Part shown: positions 1 through 10,223 of the stretch, piece by piece
Layout: each line of letters opens with the position of its first letter
Position numbering within the stretch: position 1 is the stretch's first letter
Source: a virus
Length of the DNA stretch: 64,000 nt
Reading direction: 5' to 3' (one strand)
Virus record (IMG/VR): IMGVR_UViG_3300008111_000001
Notes under the pieces: model-generated
Seen by the model: only the letters and a program-made list of their open reading frames with translations
Told to the model about the DNA's origin: nothing
The model's database searches: none
Program-made: the position numbers and the translations under genes

Positions 1-1386
1 GGAATTGGAGTTTTGGCTAGACCGTTAAACACAGAAATGCCGGAACAAAATATAATTAAAGACACTAGATCTGATTATGATAGATTTTCTTTTAACCTAA
101 ATCCATTAAACTACTCTAGTATTACTTTAATTTTATTTAAAACATTTCCTGATGAAATTTTAAATAATTCTGATAAACCATACATTTATGAGTTTGGTCT
201 AAGAGATATTTACATTGGTTCCAAATACCACGATAGAAGAGCTACAGTTGTCTCTTCGCCAATATCAATACCTGAGGTAGACAATGGTCTTCTTTCTATA
301 GAATCAGTAAGCTTAAACGTGCAACATCAGGTTGGGCCAGGTTATGATGTTGATTACTTTGTCGCAGCTGATGTTCCAAATGCAACTGGTATCGACTCGT
401 TTAATTGGATAGCAATTGATCCGGAAAACTCTTTGTCTACTTCAAATCCTACGATTGCAAATTTGCAAACAACCAATAGAAATAGCAGATTAATTTACGA
501 TGGAGCAGGGCAAGTTGGCGGCTTTGAATTAATTGATTTAAATTCCACTTCTGGAAATATTAACGAATTAAATCCAAATACAAATATATATTCTGGGAAA
601 ACCGTTTATCGAGTCTGCAATGTTGGTGCGGAACAGATAAAACAACCTTTTATTCTAAATGGAATAAATTCAATAAGAAACTATGCGCTTCTTAGATCTT
701 CTAGTTCTAATATCACAGAACAATATTATAAGTCTTTAAATATATGGACACAAAAGATTTCACAATCTTCATCTGATATCACTCAGACTAGCCCTATTGA
801 AAATCAACTCAATGCAATAAATCCTGGTTTTAACGGTATATGTTCCGGATTGTTGGAGACCAGTCTTTCTGCAACAAGGGATAATACCGTAATACATACT
901 GTGACTAAAAGTAGAGAAGATTTTACATTAGCCATATATTTAAATGATGTTTTAATCGCAGATCTTCCATCTGGTGTTTTGTCCAAAGACATTGAGTGGG
1001 ATTTTAAGACCGGAATTAATTATATTAAAGTAACGTATGATAAAAACTTTGAAGGCCTTATCACTTTCAATATAATGTCTGGAAGAAGACTGTCCGATTA
1101 TGGAACTGTATTTTTGGACTACTATTCATATCTTGATCCATACGAATTTAGGCAAAGAGTATCGCAATCAAATTACGTATTTACCGTGGATCAGGCATTT
1201 GGCGCACAGGAAATTTTGAGCTCTAGGCATTTAGCGGGTACATCTCAACTAGTCTATTATGGGGAGAATTCCAATATAGTTAAAGCAGTCAGGTATAGGG
1301 CTGACCTGTATAGAGATAAGAATCCATTGATTTCTCCAATAATAGATAATATAAGAATAAAATTTAGGCACAACGAAGAAGGATAA
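1..1386 (+). CDS. Putative virion structural protein (baseplate/tail region), probably 5'-truncated by the window edge
   Basis: The frame is open from base 1 (GGA ATT GGA GTT TTG), so the TTG at 13 is probably not the true start. Ser/Asn/Ile-rich, beta-like composition; co-oriented with downstream structural-type genes. Confidence 0.55.
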   Translation, partial: GIGVLARPLNTEMPEQNIIKDTRSDYDRFSFNLNPLNYSSITLILFKTFPDEILNNSDKPYIYEFGLRDIYIGSKYHDRRATVVSSPISIPEVDNGLLSIESVSLNVQHQVGPGYDVDYFVAADVPNATGIDSFNWIAIDPENSLSTSNPTIANLQTTNRNSRLIYDGAGQVGGFELIDLNSTSGNINELNPNTNIYSGKTVYRVCNVGAEQIKQPFILNGINSIRNYALLRSSSSNITEQYYKSLNIWTQKISQSSSDITQTSPIENQLNAINPGFNGICSGLLETSLSATRDNTVIHTVTKSREDFTLAIYLNDVLIADLPSGVLSKDIEWDFKTGINYIKVTYDKNFEGLITFNIMSGRRLSDYGTVFLDYYSYLDPYEFRQRVSQSNYVFTVDQAFGAQEILSSRHLAGTSQLVYYGENSNIVKAVRYRADLYRDKNPLISPIIDNIRIKFRHNEEG

Positions 1387-1387
1387 A

Positions 1388-1783
1388 ATGGCTATTAGCT
1401 ATAGAAATTCTAATAAAATAAATAGAATAATTGAACCGCTTTATCAGATTGATAGAGTTAAGTTCAAGTCACCTAGAAATAGTTTAATGGAAAATTTAGA
1501 AAGTAATTTATTGAAGATAGATTTTTCTAGAATACTAAACCATTTAAACGAAGTTGATAATTCTATTCTGGATAAGTTAAAATATTTTATTGGCGATATA
1601 ACAGATTATACGGAGCAGGCAAAGTTAGAAGATGGTATCTCGTATGACTTTCCAACTTTACAAAGATACATAGATGAAGCGAGCCCTTCATTGGAAACAT
1701 TGACAATAGATACTACTAATAAGTTAAGTGGAAAATTGTCTAGATTAATTAATAAAGTTTCTAGATTAGAAAACGGTGAATGA
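1388..1783 (+). CDS. Hypothetical protein, probably structural
   Basis: 131-aa ORF coupled to both neighbours (1-nt gap upstream, 8-nt overlap downstream). Confidence 0.6.
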   Translation: MAISYRNSNKINRIIEPLYQIDRVKFKSPRNSLMENLESNLLKIDFSRILNHLNEVDNSILDKLKYFIGDITDYTEQAKLEDGISYDFPTLQRYIDEASPSLETLTIDTTNKLSGKLSRLINKVSRLENGE

Positions 1784-3038
1784 TATGACTGATGTATTAA
1801 AAACTAAAAAAAGAGACTATAAATATAACGGTCCAGTAGATAGCTCAGACTATAATGCCAGGATAGAAGAAAACTATCAAGACCTGGTTTATCTTTATAA
1901 TAGAGCAAATATTATAGATGCCCGACTTGCCACTGCTTTCGAGAGGGTTTTGAAGGATCACATATTTCTTGCAAACGCAATACAAGACTTGGTCGATAGG
2001 GTATCAGCTCTTGAATCAGCTTCTAATACCTTGTCAATATATTCCTTTTCACAGCTCGACTATGCAACTTTTGTTGGCACGAGTTTTTCTATTCCAGGGA
2101 CAGAATTATTAAGCTTTGATCCCATATATAATATCGTGACCCTACCTAGGGTTTCAAGTGGTTCGTTTTCTAAGCTAAAGTTTGGCCAATCTGGCGTTGG
2201 CCAAATAGTCCCAGACTACTTTAAAACCAGAATAGATATTTCATATGCCGGAGTAGATACCTCTGGAGCCGTAATAGATAGCACTCCAATATATAACTGC
2301 ATTCTAGACGCGCCCGATAAGGTTTGGAAAAGAACGGTAGTCTCAAATACAAACCCAACAACTGGCGCACAACTAATGCTGTATGTCCAAATACCTAATG
2401 ATGCTGTGGGCATCTTAAGATCCAATGTTATCAAACTAAATCCCTTCCCTGCCCTTGGCTGTGAGATATACTCAATTGAGTATACGACAGTTGATAATCC
2501 ATCTTTATCACCCGCAGATACTTGGATACCATTAAATAAAAATAGTTTCTATGACTCTGTGGCTTCAGCTGTAGGAAAAGTTGCCCCTGGTGGATGGTCA
2601 ACTCTTGGTTCTGATTCTATAAAAAATTCTGGTCCACTTTGCTTCCAGTTTCCAGAAACAAATATAACAGCCATAAGAATAAAAATGAATCAAAAAAATT
2701 ATCTAACAGAGGCCGGACAATACGTATACACATATGGTCTTTCTGATCTAGATGTTAAATATGAAAAGTATCTGCCAACAGGAAAGATGATCATAAAGTA
2801 TTCTGCTCCAGCTGGCGATGTAATAGAAGAAGTGACAAATGTCTCACCCAAGATATATAATGTAGCGGAAAGCCAACTAGACGAAGCGTTCAGTTACAGA
2901 ATTATATACGATGATGCAGGCACCTATAGCCTCACTAACCCCGGTGCCAATAACCATGTGTGGATAGAGGTTACCTTAAACCAGTTGGATGACAAAACTG
3001 CACCAGTTCTTTCTGATTTAATTATTGAATATATCTAA
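1776..3038 (+). CDS. Putative virion structural protein
   Basis: 420-aa ORF with an N-terminal coiled-coil segment (YKYNGPVDSSDYNARIEENYQDL) followed by a beta-rich body. Confidence 0.55.
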   Translation: MNDMTDVLKTKKRDYKYNGPVDSSDYNARIEENYQDLVYLYNRANIIDARLATAFERVLKDHIFLANAIQDLVDRVSALESASNTLSIYSFSQLDYATFVGTSFSIPGTELLSFDPIYNIVTLPRVSSGSFSKLKFGQSGVGQIVPDYFKTRIDISYAGVDTSGAVIDSTPIYNCILDAPDKVWKRTVVSNTNPTTGAQLMLYVQIPNDAVGILRSNVIKLNPFPALGCEIYSIEYTTVDNPSLSPADTWIPLNKNSFYDSVASAVGKVAPGGWSTLGSDSIKNSGPLCFQFPETNITAIRIKMNQKNYLTEAGQYVYTYGLSDLDVKYEKYLPTGKMIIKYSAPAGDVIEEVTNVSPKIYNVAESQLDEAFSYRIIYDDAGTYSLTNPGANNHVWIEVTLNQLDDKTAPVLSDLIIEYI

Positions 3039-3084
3039 CTTAAAATTACTATAAGTATACGGATTTCTGACAAGGAGAAAATAA

Positions 3085-3717
3085 ATGGCTACTTTTTATG
3101 TAGGACCTAGACCAGTTTTAAAGGGTAGATCATCATCTGAGATGGTTAATCCATATACTACTATGACCGGAAAGTCTAAGGGTACTGGTACCTATTCTTT
3201 CTACCCACTTTACAGCACTAGTCACGTATTAGACGGTGCACCTGATAATCATTTTGCTCCCGGTACCGGTGAGTTTCCTGGCAATAGATTCCTTTCTCAG
3301 GTATTTAATGGAACTACACTTTACGTTCATCCACTTTCTGGTACCTTCCCTGATGGAAGTGCAACATATGATGGAGCTAGATTCAGGCCACTAGAATACA
3401 AGGGCCTTGCGGGAGCAAAAGCATTCCCATCAGACTTTGGCCACGCATCAAGAGCAGACAGAGAATATTCTCTATACAATAATTACATCTTTGACGGTGT
3501 AACATCTGCTAATATATTTGCCAATACCGGTCACGGACCGAGAACTGAAGCTGGAGGAGCTCCAGCTACATTTGGTTTATTCAAGCCAAGTGAATTCCAG
3601 GGTGTAACAAGCTCTGTTGTATTCACTTCTGGATATGGCCAAGCAAATACAACTGGAGACTATGGTCGTGAAAAAGTTCAAGAGTGGTACGGAGTCCCTT
3701 CGGCTAAAGCTCTCTGA
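3085..3717 (+). CDS. Gly-rich hypothetical protein, probably late/structural
   Basis: AAGGAG Shine-Dalgarno upstream; TTACTAT motif at 3046-3052. Confidence 0.7.
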   Translation: MATFYVGPRPVLKGRSSSEMVNPYTTMTGKSKGTGTYSFYPLYSTSHVLDGAPDNHFAPGTGEFPGNRFLSQVFNGTTLYVHPLSGTFPDGSATYDGARFRPLEYKGLAGAKAFPSDFGHASRADREYSLYNNYIFDGVTSANIFANTGHGPRTEAGGAPATFGLFKPSEFQGVTSSVVFTSGYGQANTTGDYGREKVQEWYGVPSAKAL

Positions 3718-3982
3718 TGCCATAAGTGCTCCCCTAGTTCTTGAAAAACAAGAGCGAAAAAGCGGATTGACTGCTTGGGGTGCCTTAGCATTGGGAATTA
3801 TAGCATACGACGTATATGCTATAAAGTCTAAAAAGATTGAAACTTTAACTAGATCTTTTTGGAGATTAACTGAAAAACCATTAATAGGAATTATACCAGT
3901 AGGAGTGTGGTTAGGTTTAACTTTTCATCTTCTTATAGAGAAGTTGGTTAGAAAAAGTATTCTTAACAAAGGAGTTATATGA
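3617..3982 (+). CDS. Small membrane protein (true start probably downstream, near TTG ~3768)
   Basis: Two hydrophobic segments (AWGALALGIIAYDVYA and IIPVGVWLGLTFHLL). The N-terminal ~33 codons overlap the previous gene. Confidence 0.55.
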   Translation: MYSLLDMAKQIQLETMVVKKFKSGTESLRLKLSDAISAPLVLEKQERKSGLTAWGALALGIIAYDVYAIKSKKIETLTRSFWRLTEKPLIGIIPVGVWLGLTFHLLIEKLVRKSILNKGVI

Positions 3983-4179
3983 CTAAATTACATAAAGATA
4001 TTATTGAAAGAGCAATCTGGACTGCAGTCCAGGCTTTTGTAGCTGTTTACACAGTTGGTGGAGTGGATGAATTAAAGTCCGCTGCAACGGCTGCGGTTGC
4101 AGCAGGGATCAGCGTTATCAAGGGCTTCGCTGCCACAAAAATTGGTAATGCAGAAAGTGCAGCAACTTTAAAAGGTTAA
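3979..4179 (+). CDS. Holin, r1t-like family
   Basis: ERAIWTAVQAFVAV...AATAAVAAGISVIK matches the r1t-type holin pattern common in actinophages; AAGGAG SD. Confidence 0.7.
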   Translation: MTKLHKDIIERAIWTAVQAFVAVYTVGGVDELKSAATAAVAAGISVIKGFAATKIGNAESAATLKG

Positions 4180-4205
4180 TTTAGTATTATATAGTGGCTG
4201 TGACG

Positions 4206-4214
4206 TGATATAAT
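4206..4214 (+). promoter_or_regulatory. Extended -10 promoter (TGATATAAT) for the nucleotide-metabolism operon
   Basis: Exact TGnTATAAT in the intergenic gap. Confidence 0.55.
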
Positions 4215-4240
4215 GTATCTGTCAGAAGGCCAATAGAGTA

Positions 4241-4269
4241 ACGGCCCCGTCTGAAATTGACGGGGCTGT
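4241..4269 (+). terminator. GC-rich hairpin (terminator or leader structure)
   Basis: ACGGCCCCGTC-TGAAATT-GACGGGGCTGT, an 11-bp stem with one G-U pair, followed by CTCTTT. Confidence 0.5.
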
Positions 4270-4331
4270 CTCTTTATACTGGCAAGTATATATGTTTAAA
4301 CCAATTTATGCGAGCTTATTTAGGATTAAGG

Positions 4332-5039
4332 ATGTCTATACAAGAGGTTCAAGAAGCAATAATAAACAAGTCTCTGCCGCTTTCTATTGCAGAAAAATAT
4401 TTGAAGCTATACGTTGCTGATGTTAGTTGGGAGCAGTCGATAAAAACTTTGTGGACTAATTCCGTTAACAAGCTGCGCAGTGAAGACTTAGCTAAGGAAC
4501 ATGTTAAAAAGGCAATTAGCTGTGCAACTATATTGCCGTTTACCGAAAACACAGCCATACCAGAACCTCCTACCAATCTATTATTTTGGTGCACTGGTTG
4601 GGCTCAGTTTAACAAGCACGACTGGTTTTCTATGTATGTTGATGTTCTTAAGGAAGACGTAAAAGTAGTTCAGCTTAGAAATCAGGCTATACAAATCGGC
4701 GTAATAGATCCCATAGATGTTTCTCCGATAACTAGACAAGCTTATAATTGGCTTTATCAGAAAACCGAAGAAAATGAAAATTGTTCACAAATTGATATGA
4801 ATGATTTGAAGATTAAATTTTCAAATTTGGTTAAAGCATATGGTGGAGCAGTTATTTGTAACATATTTATTAACCACAAATCAAATGTCGATAAAGTATT
4901 TAACTGGAGAAGCGGGTACTTTTTTGAAAAACAAATACACAAAGTTTATTCTATAGATCAAATAAAGAAGATAAAATTAGCAGAGTTAAATAAAACAAAC
5001 AATCAATATATTAAAAAGGTAGGAGTGCAAAATGTCTGA
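4332..5039 (+). CDS. Hypothetical protein
   Basis: ORF track gives 4257-5039; the ATG at 4332 has AGGATTAAGG upstream and is the more likely start. Overlaps the nrdJ start. Confidence 0.7.
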   Translation: MSIQEVQEAIINKSLPLSIAEKYLKLYVADVSWEQSIKTLWTNSVNKLRSEDLAKEHVKKAISCATILPFTENTAIPEPPTNLLFWCTGWAQFNKHDWFSMYVDVLKEDVKVVQLRNQAIQIGVIDPIDVSPITRQAYNWLYQKTEENENCSQIDMNDLKIKFSNLVKAYGGAVICNIFINHKSNVDKVFNWRSGYFFEKQIHKVYSIDQIKKIKLAELNKTNNQYIKKVGVQNV

Positions 5040-7089
5040 GGGTTCATCCGTGTTTACTTTTCGTTTAAGTGATGATTTCGTTGAAACATACAAGAAAGTT
5101 AAACCACCATTTGGTTATACAGATGCCGCTGGTAATTCTGTTGGAGAAATCACGTTCTTAAGAACGTATTCTAGAATGAAGGAAAGTGGAACCAAGGAAA
5201 CTTGGGTTGATGTGTGCGAACGAGTAATTAACGGAATGTACTCTTTACAAAAAGAACACTGCAAGAAGAACAGACTGCCATGGAATGATATAAAGGCTCA
5301 GGCATCAGCAAAAGAGGCTTTTGATAGACTGTTTAACTTGAAGTGGACACCTCCCGGTAGAGGCCTGTGGGTGATGGGGACCCCTATAGTCATGGTCCAA
5401 AGAAACTCTGCAGCGTTACAGAACTGCGCTTTTGTTAGTACGTCAGAAATGACAAAGGCCAATCCAGCTAAGCCATTTGGTTTTCTCATGGAAGCATCTA
5501 TGCTCGGCGTAGGAGTGGGGTTCGATGACAAGGGTGCGGATAAAGATTTTAATATACATGAACCAACTAGACCCATGGTGATTGATACCATTGAGGATTC
5601 TCGTGAGGGATGGGTTAATTCTGTCGTTTCCTTAATCAATTCATATTTAAAGCCTGACCAAAATCCTCTGGAATTTGACTACTCTTTGATCAGACCATTG
5701 GGTACTCCAATTAAAACTTTTGGCGGTACTGCAGCTGGTCCAGATCCTTTGATAAAGCTGCATAATCATATTAGAAAGATGTTTGATGGAAGAGCTGGGC
5801 AAAAGCTCACCAGAGTAGATATAGCCGATATTGGTAATACCATAGGTGTTTGTGTTGTATCTGGCAATGTTCGTAGATCAGCAGAGCTTTTAATCGGACG
5901 TTTGGATGACCAAGACTTTCTTAATCTAAAAAATTCTGAAAAGTTTCCAGAAAGAAATTCTTATTCCGCCGAATCTCCAGGTTGGGGGTGGATGTCCAAT
6001 AACTCGGTAGAAACATCGGTTGGCACAGATCTATCAAATATTGTTGATGGAATATCTAGAAATGGTGAGCCTGGCGTAATCTGGATGGATATGTCGAAAA
6101 AGTATGGTAGATTAGCTGATCCGCCAAACAACAAGGATCATCGTGTAGCAGGATATAACCCTTGCGCAGAGCAGTCCTTAGAGTCCTACGAATGCTGCAC
6201 CCTAGTTGAAACATACTTAAATAGACATGATTCACTAGAGGACTTTAGGAGAACGCTAAAGTTTGCTTACCTATATGCTAAGACAGTAACGCTTCTTCCA
6301 ACTCACTGGGAGGAAACAAACGCTATCATGCAAAGAAATCGTAGAATTGGCACATCTGTCTCCGGTGTTGCAAACTTTGCCGACAAATTAGGTCTCCCAG
6401 TACTAAGAGAGTGGCTAGATAGTGGATATCAAACTGTGCAGAGATATGATAATATCTATTCAGAATGGCTAGGTATACGTGAGTCCATTAAGACTACTAC
6501 CGTAAAGCCTTCTGGCACAGTATCAATTTTGGCGGGCGAGTCCCCTGGTGTTCATTGGACTCCTGGTGGCAAATACTTCCTAAGAGCAATTAGATTCGCA
6601 AATGATGATCCAATGTTGCCATTATTTAAGATGGCAAACTATAGAGTTGAACCAGCATCTGAGTCTCCAGATACCACATCTGTGGTGTTCTTTCCTATTA
6701 AGTCAGATGCTCGTAGATCTGAAAAAGATGTAACAATCTTTGAAAAGATGTCTTTGGCTGCAACAGCTCAAAGATATTGGTCTGACAATTCCGTTTCCGT
6801 GACTATATCATTTGACGCAGAAGAAGAGAAGCATCACGTTGGCACCGTATTGCATATGTATGACGGACAGCTGAAAACTGTATCATTCTTGCCTCAGGGT
6901 AATTTCACATACCCTCAAATGCCGTACACTCAAATAGAGCAAAATGATTACGATGAGTCTTCAAAAAATTTGTTGCCAATAGATCTAGATGGAATTTATG
7001 CTGGCCTAGCTGCTGATGCTATAGGAGAGCAGTATTGCACTACCGACTCGTGTGAAATTAAATTTATAAAAGACAACGCAAAGGTATGA
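5032..7089 (+). CDS. nrdJ: Class II (adenosylcobalamin-dependent) ribonucleotide reductase, monomeric RTPR-like
   Basis: FLRTYSR, WTPPGRGLW, NCAF, GNVRRSA, the finger-loop GYNPCAEQSLESYECC, TTVKPSGTVS, and C-terminal CTTDSC cysteine pair. No small-subunit gene is adjacent. Confidence 0.93.
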   Translation: MSEGSSVFTFRLSDDFVETYKKVKPPFGYTDAAGNSVGEITFLRTYSRMKESGTKETWVDVCERVINGMYSLQKEHCKKNRLPWNDIKAQASAKEAFDRLFNLKWTPPGRGLWVMGTPIVMVQRNSAALQNCAFVSTSEMTKANPAKPFGFLMEASMLGVGVGFDDKGADKDFNIHEPTRPMVIDTIEDSREGWVNSVVSLINSYLKPDQNPLEFDYSLIRPLGTPIKTFGGTAAGPDPLIKLHNHIRKMFDGRAGQKLTRVDIADIGNTIGVCVVSGNVRRSAELLIGRLDDQDFLNLKNSEKFPERNSYSAESPGWGWMSNNSVETSVGTDLSNIVDGISRNGEPGVIWMDMSKKYGRLADPPNNKDHRVAGYNPCAEQSLESYECCTLVETYLNRHDSLEDFRRTLKFAYLYAKTVTLLPTHWEETNAIMQRNRRIGTSVSGVANFADKLGLPVLREWLDSGYQTVQRYDNIYSEWLGIRESIKTTTVKPSGTVSILAGESPGVHWTPGGKYFLRAIRFANDDPMLPLFKMANYRVEPASESPDTTSVVFFPIKSDARRSEKDVTIFEKMSLAATAQRYWSDNSVSVTISFDAEEEKHHVGTVLHMYDGQLKTVSFLPQGNFTYPQMPYTQIEQNDYDESSKNLLPIDLDGIYAGLAADAIGEQYCTTDSCEIKFIKDNAKV

Positions 7090-7090
7090 T

Positions 7091-7441
7091 ATGTCGGAAG
7101 ATCCTGATTTTGAAAAAAAGTTTTCTGAGATAATTAATTCAGAAGAGTTAAAAGATTTTTCTGAAAACTGTTTCAAAGATGGTCCATTAACAGTAAAAGA
7201 GCTTTTGCTAATGCAAAGATCTTTGATCGACGCCTTGAATAATATAGCGGAAATAATAGAGGGATTAAATAATGGTGAAAACGATTTAGTTCAACCTGGT
7301 AGTGAAGAGTTTGAAAAGTTAGGTTTACTGTATAGAATATCTGAAGATTTTAATGATTCTATAAGTGAAAATTTTGTTATTTTTACAATTGATGATGATG
7401 AAGATTTTGAAGAGGATGATTCTGAAAATGGAGAAAACTAG
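7091..7441 (+). CDS. Acidic hypothetical protein
   Basis: 116 aa with a strongly Asp/Glu-rich tail. Confidence 0.65.
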   Translation: MSEDPDFEKKFSEIINSEELKDFSENCFKDGPLTVKELLLMQRSLIDALNNIAEIIEGLNNGENDLVQPGSEEFEKLGLLYRISEDFNDSISENFVIFTIDDDEDFEEDDSENGEN

Positions 7442-8129
7442 TAATTTAATAGAAGTTTTAGATAAAGGCTATGTTAGACTCGTAGACGTTATGGGGTCTG
7501 ACCTCTCAGTGGTAAATGCTGCCAGAGCTTCATTTGCTAAAGAGTCTGAAGAAATGTCTGTTGCAGATGGACGATTGCTGCACTTTCTCGCCAGAGAAAA
7601 TCATATGTCTCCATTTAGGCATGCCTTTGCTACGTTTGAGTTTAAAGCTCCTTTAATGGTTGCTCGTCAGCATTGGAAGTATGTTGTTGGTGCAGATCAT
7701 ACGATGGACTCATGGAATGAGTCAAGTAGACGCTATATCACTATGGATCCTGAGTTTTATATTCCATCAAAAGATGATTGGAGATTAGCTCCGGATAATA
7801 GAAAGCAGGGTTCGGGTGGTCCGATAGACCCTTGGACAGGCGCAATTCTAACTCAACAATTACTAGATTACATAGAGCAAGGTGAATCCCATTACGCTAT
7901 GGCTATAAATTCTGGAGTAGCACCTGAGCAAGCAAGATTATTCTTGCCGGCTTATGGAATGTATGTAGTTTATCGGTGGTCTTGCAGTCTTCAGTCTATA
8001 GCTTTATTTCTCTCTCAGAGATTGGCCGAAGATTCACAAAAAGAAATACAACTATATGCTCAAGCCGTAAGAGACCTTATCATAGATAAGTTCCCAGTTT
8101 CTATACCACTACTTGTTGGTGAATTGTGA
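7428..8129 (+). CDS. thyX: Flavin-dependent thymidylate synthase
   Basis: VNAARAS, HMSPF, ARQHWKY...WNESSRRY (ThyX motif), EQARLFLP. The ATG at 7428 is the likely start. Confidence 0.92.
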   Translation: MEKTSNLIEVLDKGYVRLVDVMGSDLSVVNAARASFAKESEEMSVADGRLLHFLARENHMSPFRHAFATFEFKAPLMVARQHWKYVVGADHTMDSWNESSRRYITMDPEFYIPSKDDWRLAPDNRKQGSGGPIDPWTGAILTQQLLDYIEQGESHYAMAINSGVAPEQARLFLPAYGMYVVYRWSCSLQSIALFLSQRLAEDSQKEIQLYAQAVRDLIIDKFPVSIPLLVGEL

Positions 8130-8299
8130 TACTTTTAGATCTTATTAAGTTAATAGTATTTTCATTTATCTTTAACTGGTGTATATCTTTGCAAATACTA
8201 CAGCAGTCTTTAGATTCCTCTAAAAAAAGACAAAAGATTACTGCAGTTATATTGAGTATGTTAGCTGGGGCTTTGGCTGGTGCTGTGCTAATATGGTAG
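8126..8299 (+). CDS. Small membrane protein (not in ORF track)
   Basis: GTG start overlapping the thyX stop; 57 aa with two hydrophobic stretches; fills the gap up to the deaminase. Confidence 0.5.
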   Translation: MILLDLIKLIVFSFIFNWCISLQILQQSLDSSKKRQKITAVILSMLAGALAGAVLIW

Positions 8300-8763
8300 T
8301 TGATTTTATATCAAGAAAAGATATTCAGTACATGAATTTATGTATGCAAATATCTAAAATATTTTCTACTTGTGGAAAAAAGAAATACGCAGCAATATTA
8401 GTTGATGATCTTGGACATGTGGTTGGGATGGGATATAATGGTGGCGCTAGCGGTCTGCTTCATTGTGAAGACGGTGGTTGTCCAAGATATATAGAAAATT
8501 CACCAAATGGTTCGATATATGATAATTGTATAGCAGTGCATGCAGAAGCTAACGCTCTGCTACATTCAGATTATTCTGCTAGGCCAAAAAAATTGTATGT
8601 AAATGGACCGCCATGTTTCTCTTGCGCTAAACTGATTGCAAATTCAACAGTTGAAACTGTATACTATGTTTGCGACACTGCATATGCTAATTGGCATGAG
8701 GTTAAGAATTTTCTAGAAAAGTGCTCAGTAAAAACTATAGAGGTAAAAAATGCCAGCTGCTAA
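8293..8763 (+). CDS. dCMP deaminase
   Basis: Zinc motifs HAEANAL and PCFSC; STC...GYNG pattern of the ComEB/dCMP deaminase family. Confidence 0.88.
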   Translation: MVVDFISRKDIQYMNLCMQISKIFSTCGKKKYAAILVDDLGHVVGMGYNGGASGLLHCEDGGCPRYIENSPNGSIYDNCIAVHAEANALLHSDYSARPKKLYVNGPPCFSCAKLIANSTVETVYYVCDTAYANWHEVKNFLEKCSVKTIEVKNASC

Positions 8764-8956
8764 ACTAAACTACATATTGGTTTATAAAGAACACAGCCAA
8801 ATATATGGTTGTTCTTCAAAAAAGATTGCGATGGAAAGTCCACCGCCCGAGGGCTATTCGGTAGATGACAAAAATGTTTTTTTTATAACATTTGAGCCCG
8901 ATACCGATAGTATAAGCATACATAAAGTAAATAATCAGGAAGAAAGTAATGAGTAA
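8750..8956 (+). CDS. Hypothetical protein
   Basis: 68-aa ORF coupled to neighbours. Confidence 0.55.
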   Translation: MPAAKLNYILVYKEHSQIYGCSSKKIAMESPPPEGYSVDDKNVFFITFEPDTDSISIHKVNNQEESNE

Positions 8957-9182
8957 GAAACAATCATACAAAAAAAAGATAAGCCTAAAGCTAAACGTAG
9001 AAGATACAGCTATAGTCATACCTTATGATGTAGCTATGCATATAGCTGAAACATATGATTTCGTGTCTATGGATGCAGAAGAAGAACATGTTCAATATTA
9101 TAAGGACGTTGCTGATCTAGTTAGAGCGCAGGCAAATGAGAATCGCCATGAGTTACAGGATGATGAGTATGAAGAATGGTGA
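8949..9182 (+). CDS. Hypothetical protein
   Basis: 77-aa ORF coupled to neighbours. Confidence 0.55.
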   Translation: MSKKQSYKKKISLKLNVEDTAIVIPYDVAMHIAETYDFVSMDAEEEHVQYYKDVADLVRAQANENRHELQDDEYEEW

Positions 9183-9432
9183 GAAGACTCTTTTTATTTT
9201 TATGATGTTTGCTCTTGGCTCATTAATTGGCAAATCTCAGTCTAAAAAGAAAATAGTTGAAAAATCAAAAGAGCCAAATGTTGCGCAATATTTAAATAGA
9301 CTAATTGAATTTTATGATTCCAATACACTAGATATTGTTGAGGATGAATTTCTAAATTTAGTAGACTTTGGAATGAGCCCAAAAAATGCTTTTGGTGCTG
9401 TAACACACAAGCAGGTAATTAATAATGATTGA
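9169..9432 (+). CDS. Small protein with an N-terminal membrane anchor
   Basis: LFIFMMFALGSLIG followed by a basic segment; start uncertain (9136-9203). Confidence 0.5.
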   Translation: MKNGEKTLFIFMMFALGSLIGKSQSKKKIVEKSKEPNVAQYLNRLIEFYDSNTLDIVEDEFLNLVDFGMSPKNAFGAVTHKQVINND

Positions 9433-10216
9433 TTTATGTGTAGTTAATTATAATACAAGACCACTTTTAAATAGATTTTTAGATTGTCTTCATAATGATC
9501 TTCATAATCATCCCAAGGTTTGGAATTTGTATATCGCAGATAACGATTCTACGGACGATAGTGTTGATTGGTTAAAGTATAATTATCAGAGATATAGGAT
9601 TAATAAATTCTATCATAATGATAACATTGGCTACTCCGCTGCTTGTAACCAACTCGCTGCTGAAGGAAGATCAGATATTATATGCCTACTCAACGCTGAT
9701 GTATGGATAGATAATGAAAATTTAGTTAGAGCAGCAAATATATTTGATGAAAATCCCGATATTCATATTTTAGGGCCAAAGCAAAGAGATGAGAATGGTT
9801 TAATCACCCATGCCGGTATAGTCGGCACTAATACAGCTCCTAGACATCGGGGATGGCGTCAAAGCGATTTTAATGATGAGCTATTTAAAGATAGAATTAA
9901 TTGCGTAACAGTTTCTGGCTCTGCCTACTTTATTCGTCGTGAAGTTTGGAATACACTGACTAATAATCCTAAATATAGAGAAATGTATCCAAACGCAACT
10001 GGAGCATTTTTGCCGACTCCTCATTATTATGAGGAAACCTGGTGCTCTTATTTTGCTAGGCATCTTGGCTATAATGTAGTTTATGATGGCAGTGTATCAA
10101 TAGGACATAGTTGGCATAAATCTTCTGCTGTTGGTGGCGAGGCAGATGGTAAGTTTTCTGTTAGTAGAGATATTTTTAGAAGAGCTTGCGATTTTATTGG
10201 GATAGAAAGAGACTAA
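9425..10216 (+). CDS. Glycosyltransferase family 2
   Basis: VVNYN, IADNDSTD, NIGYSAACN, LLNADV, VSGSAYFIRR, YYEETW. Confidence 0.88.
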   Translation: MIDLCVVNYNTRPLLNRFLDCLHNDLHNHPKVWNLYIADNDSTDDSVDWLKYNYQRYRINKFYHNDNIGYSAACNQLAAEGRSDIICLLNADVWIDNENLVRAANIFDENPDIHILGPKQRDENGLITHAGIVGTNTAPRHRGWRQSDFNDELFKDRINCVTVSGSAYFIRREVWNTLTNNPKYREMYPNATGAFLPTPHYYEETWCSYFARHLGYNVVYDGSVSIGHSWHKSSAVGGEADGKFSVSRDIFRRACDFIGIERD

Positions 10217-10223
10217 TTCACCA

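Noticed and set aside
3617-3717. 101-nt overlap between the 3085 and 3617 ORFs as a dual-coding region or frameshift
   Set aside because: It is more simply explained by a downstream TTG start; no slippery sequence is evident.
4180-4331. Cobalamin riboswitch upstream of class II RNR
   Set aside because: The leader is too short and lacks a recognisable B12-box; only a single hairpin is present.
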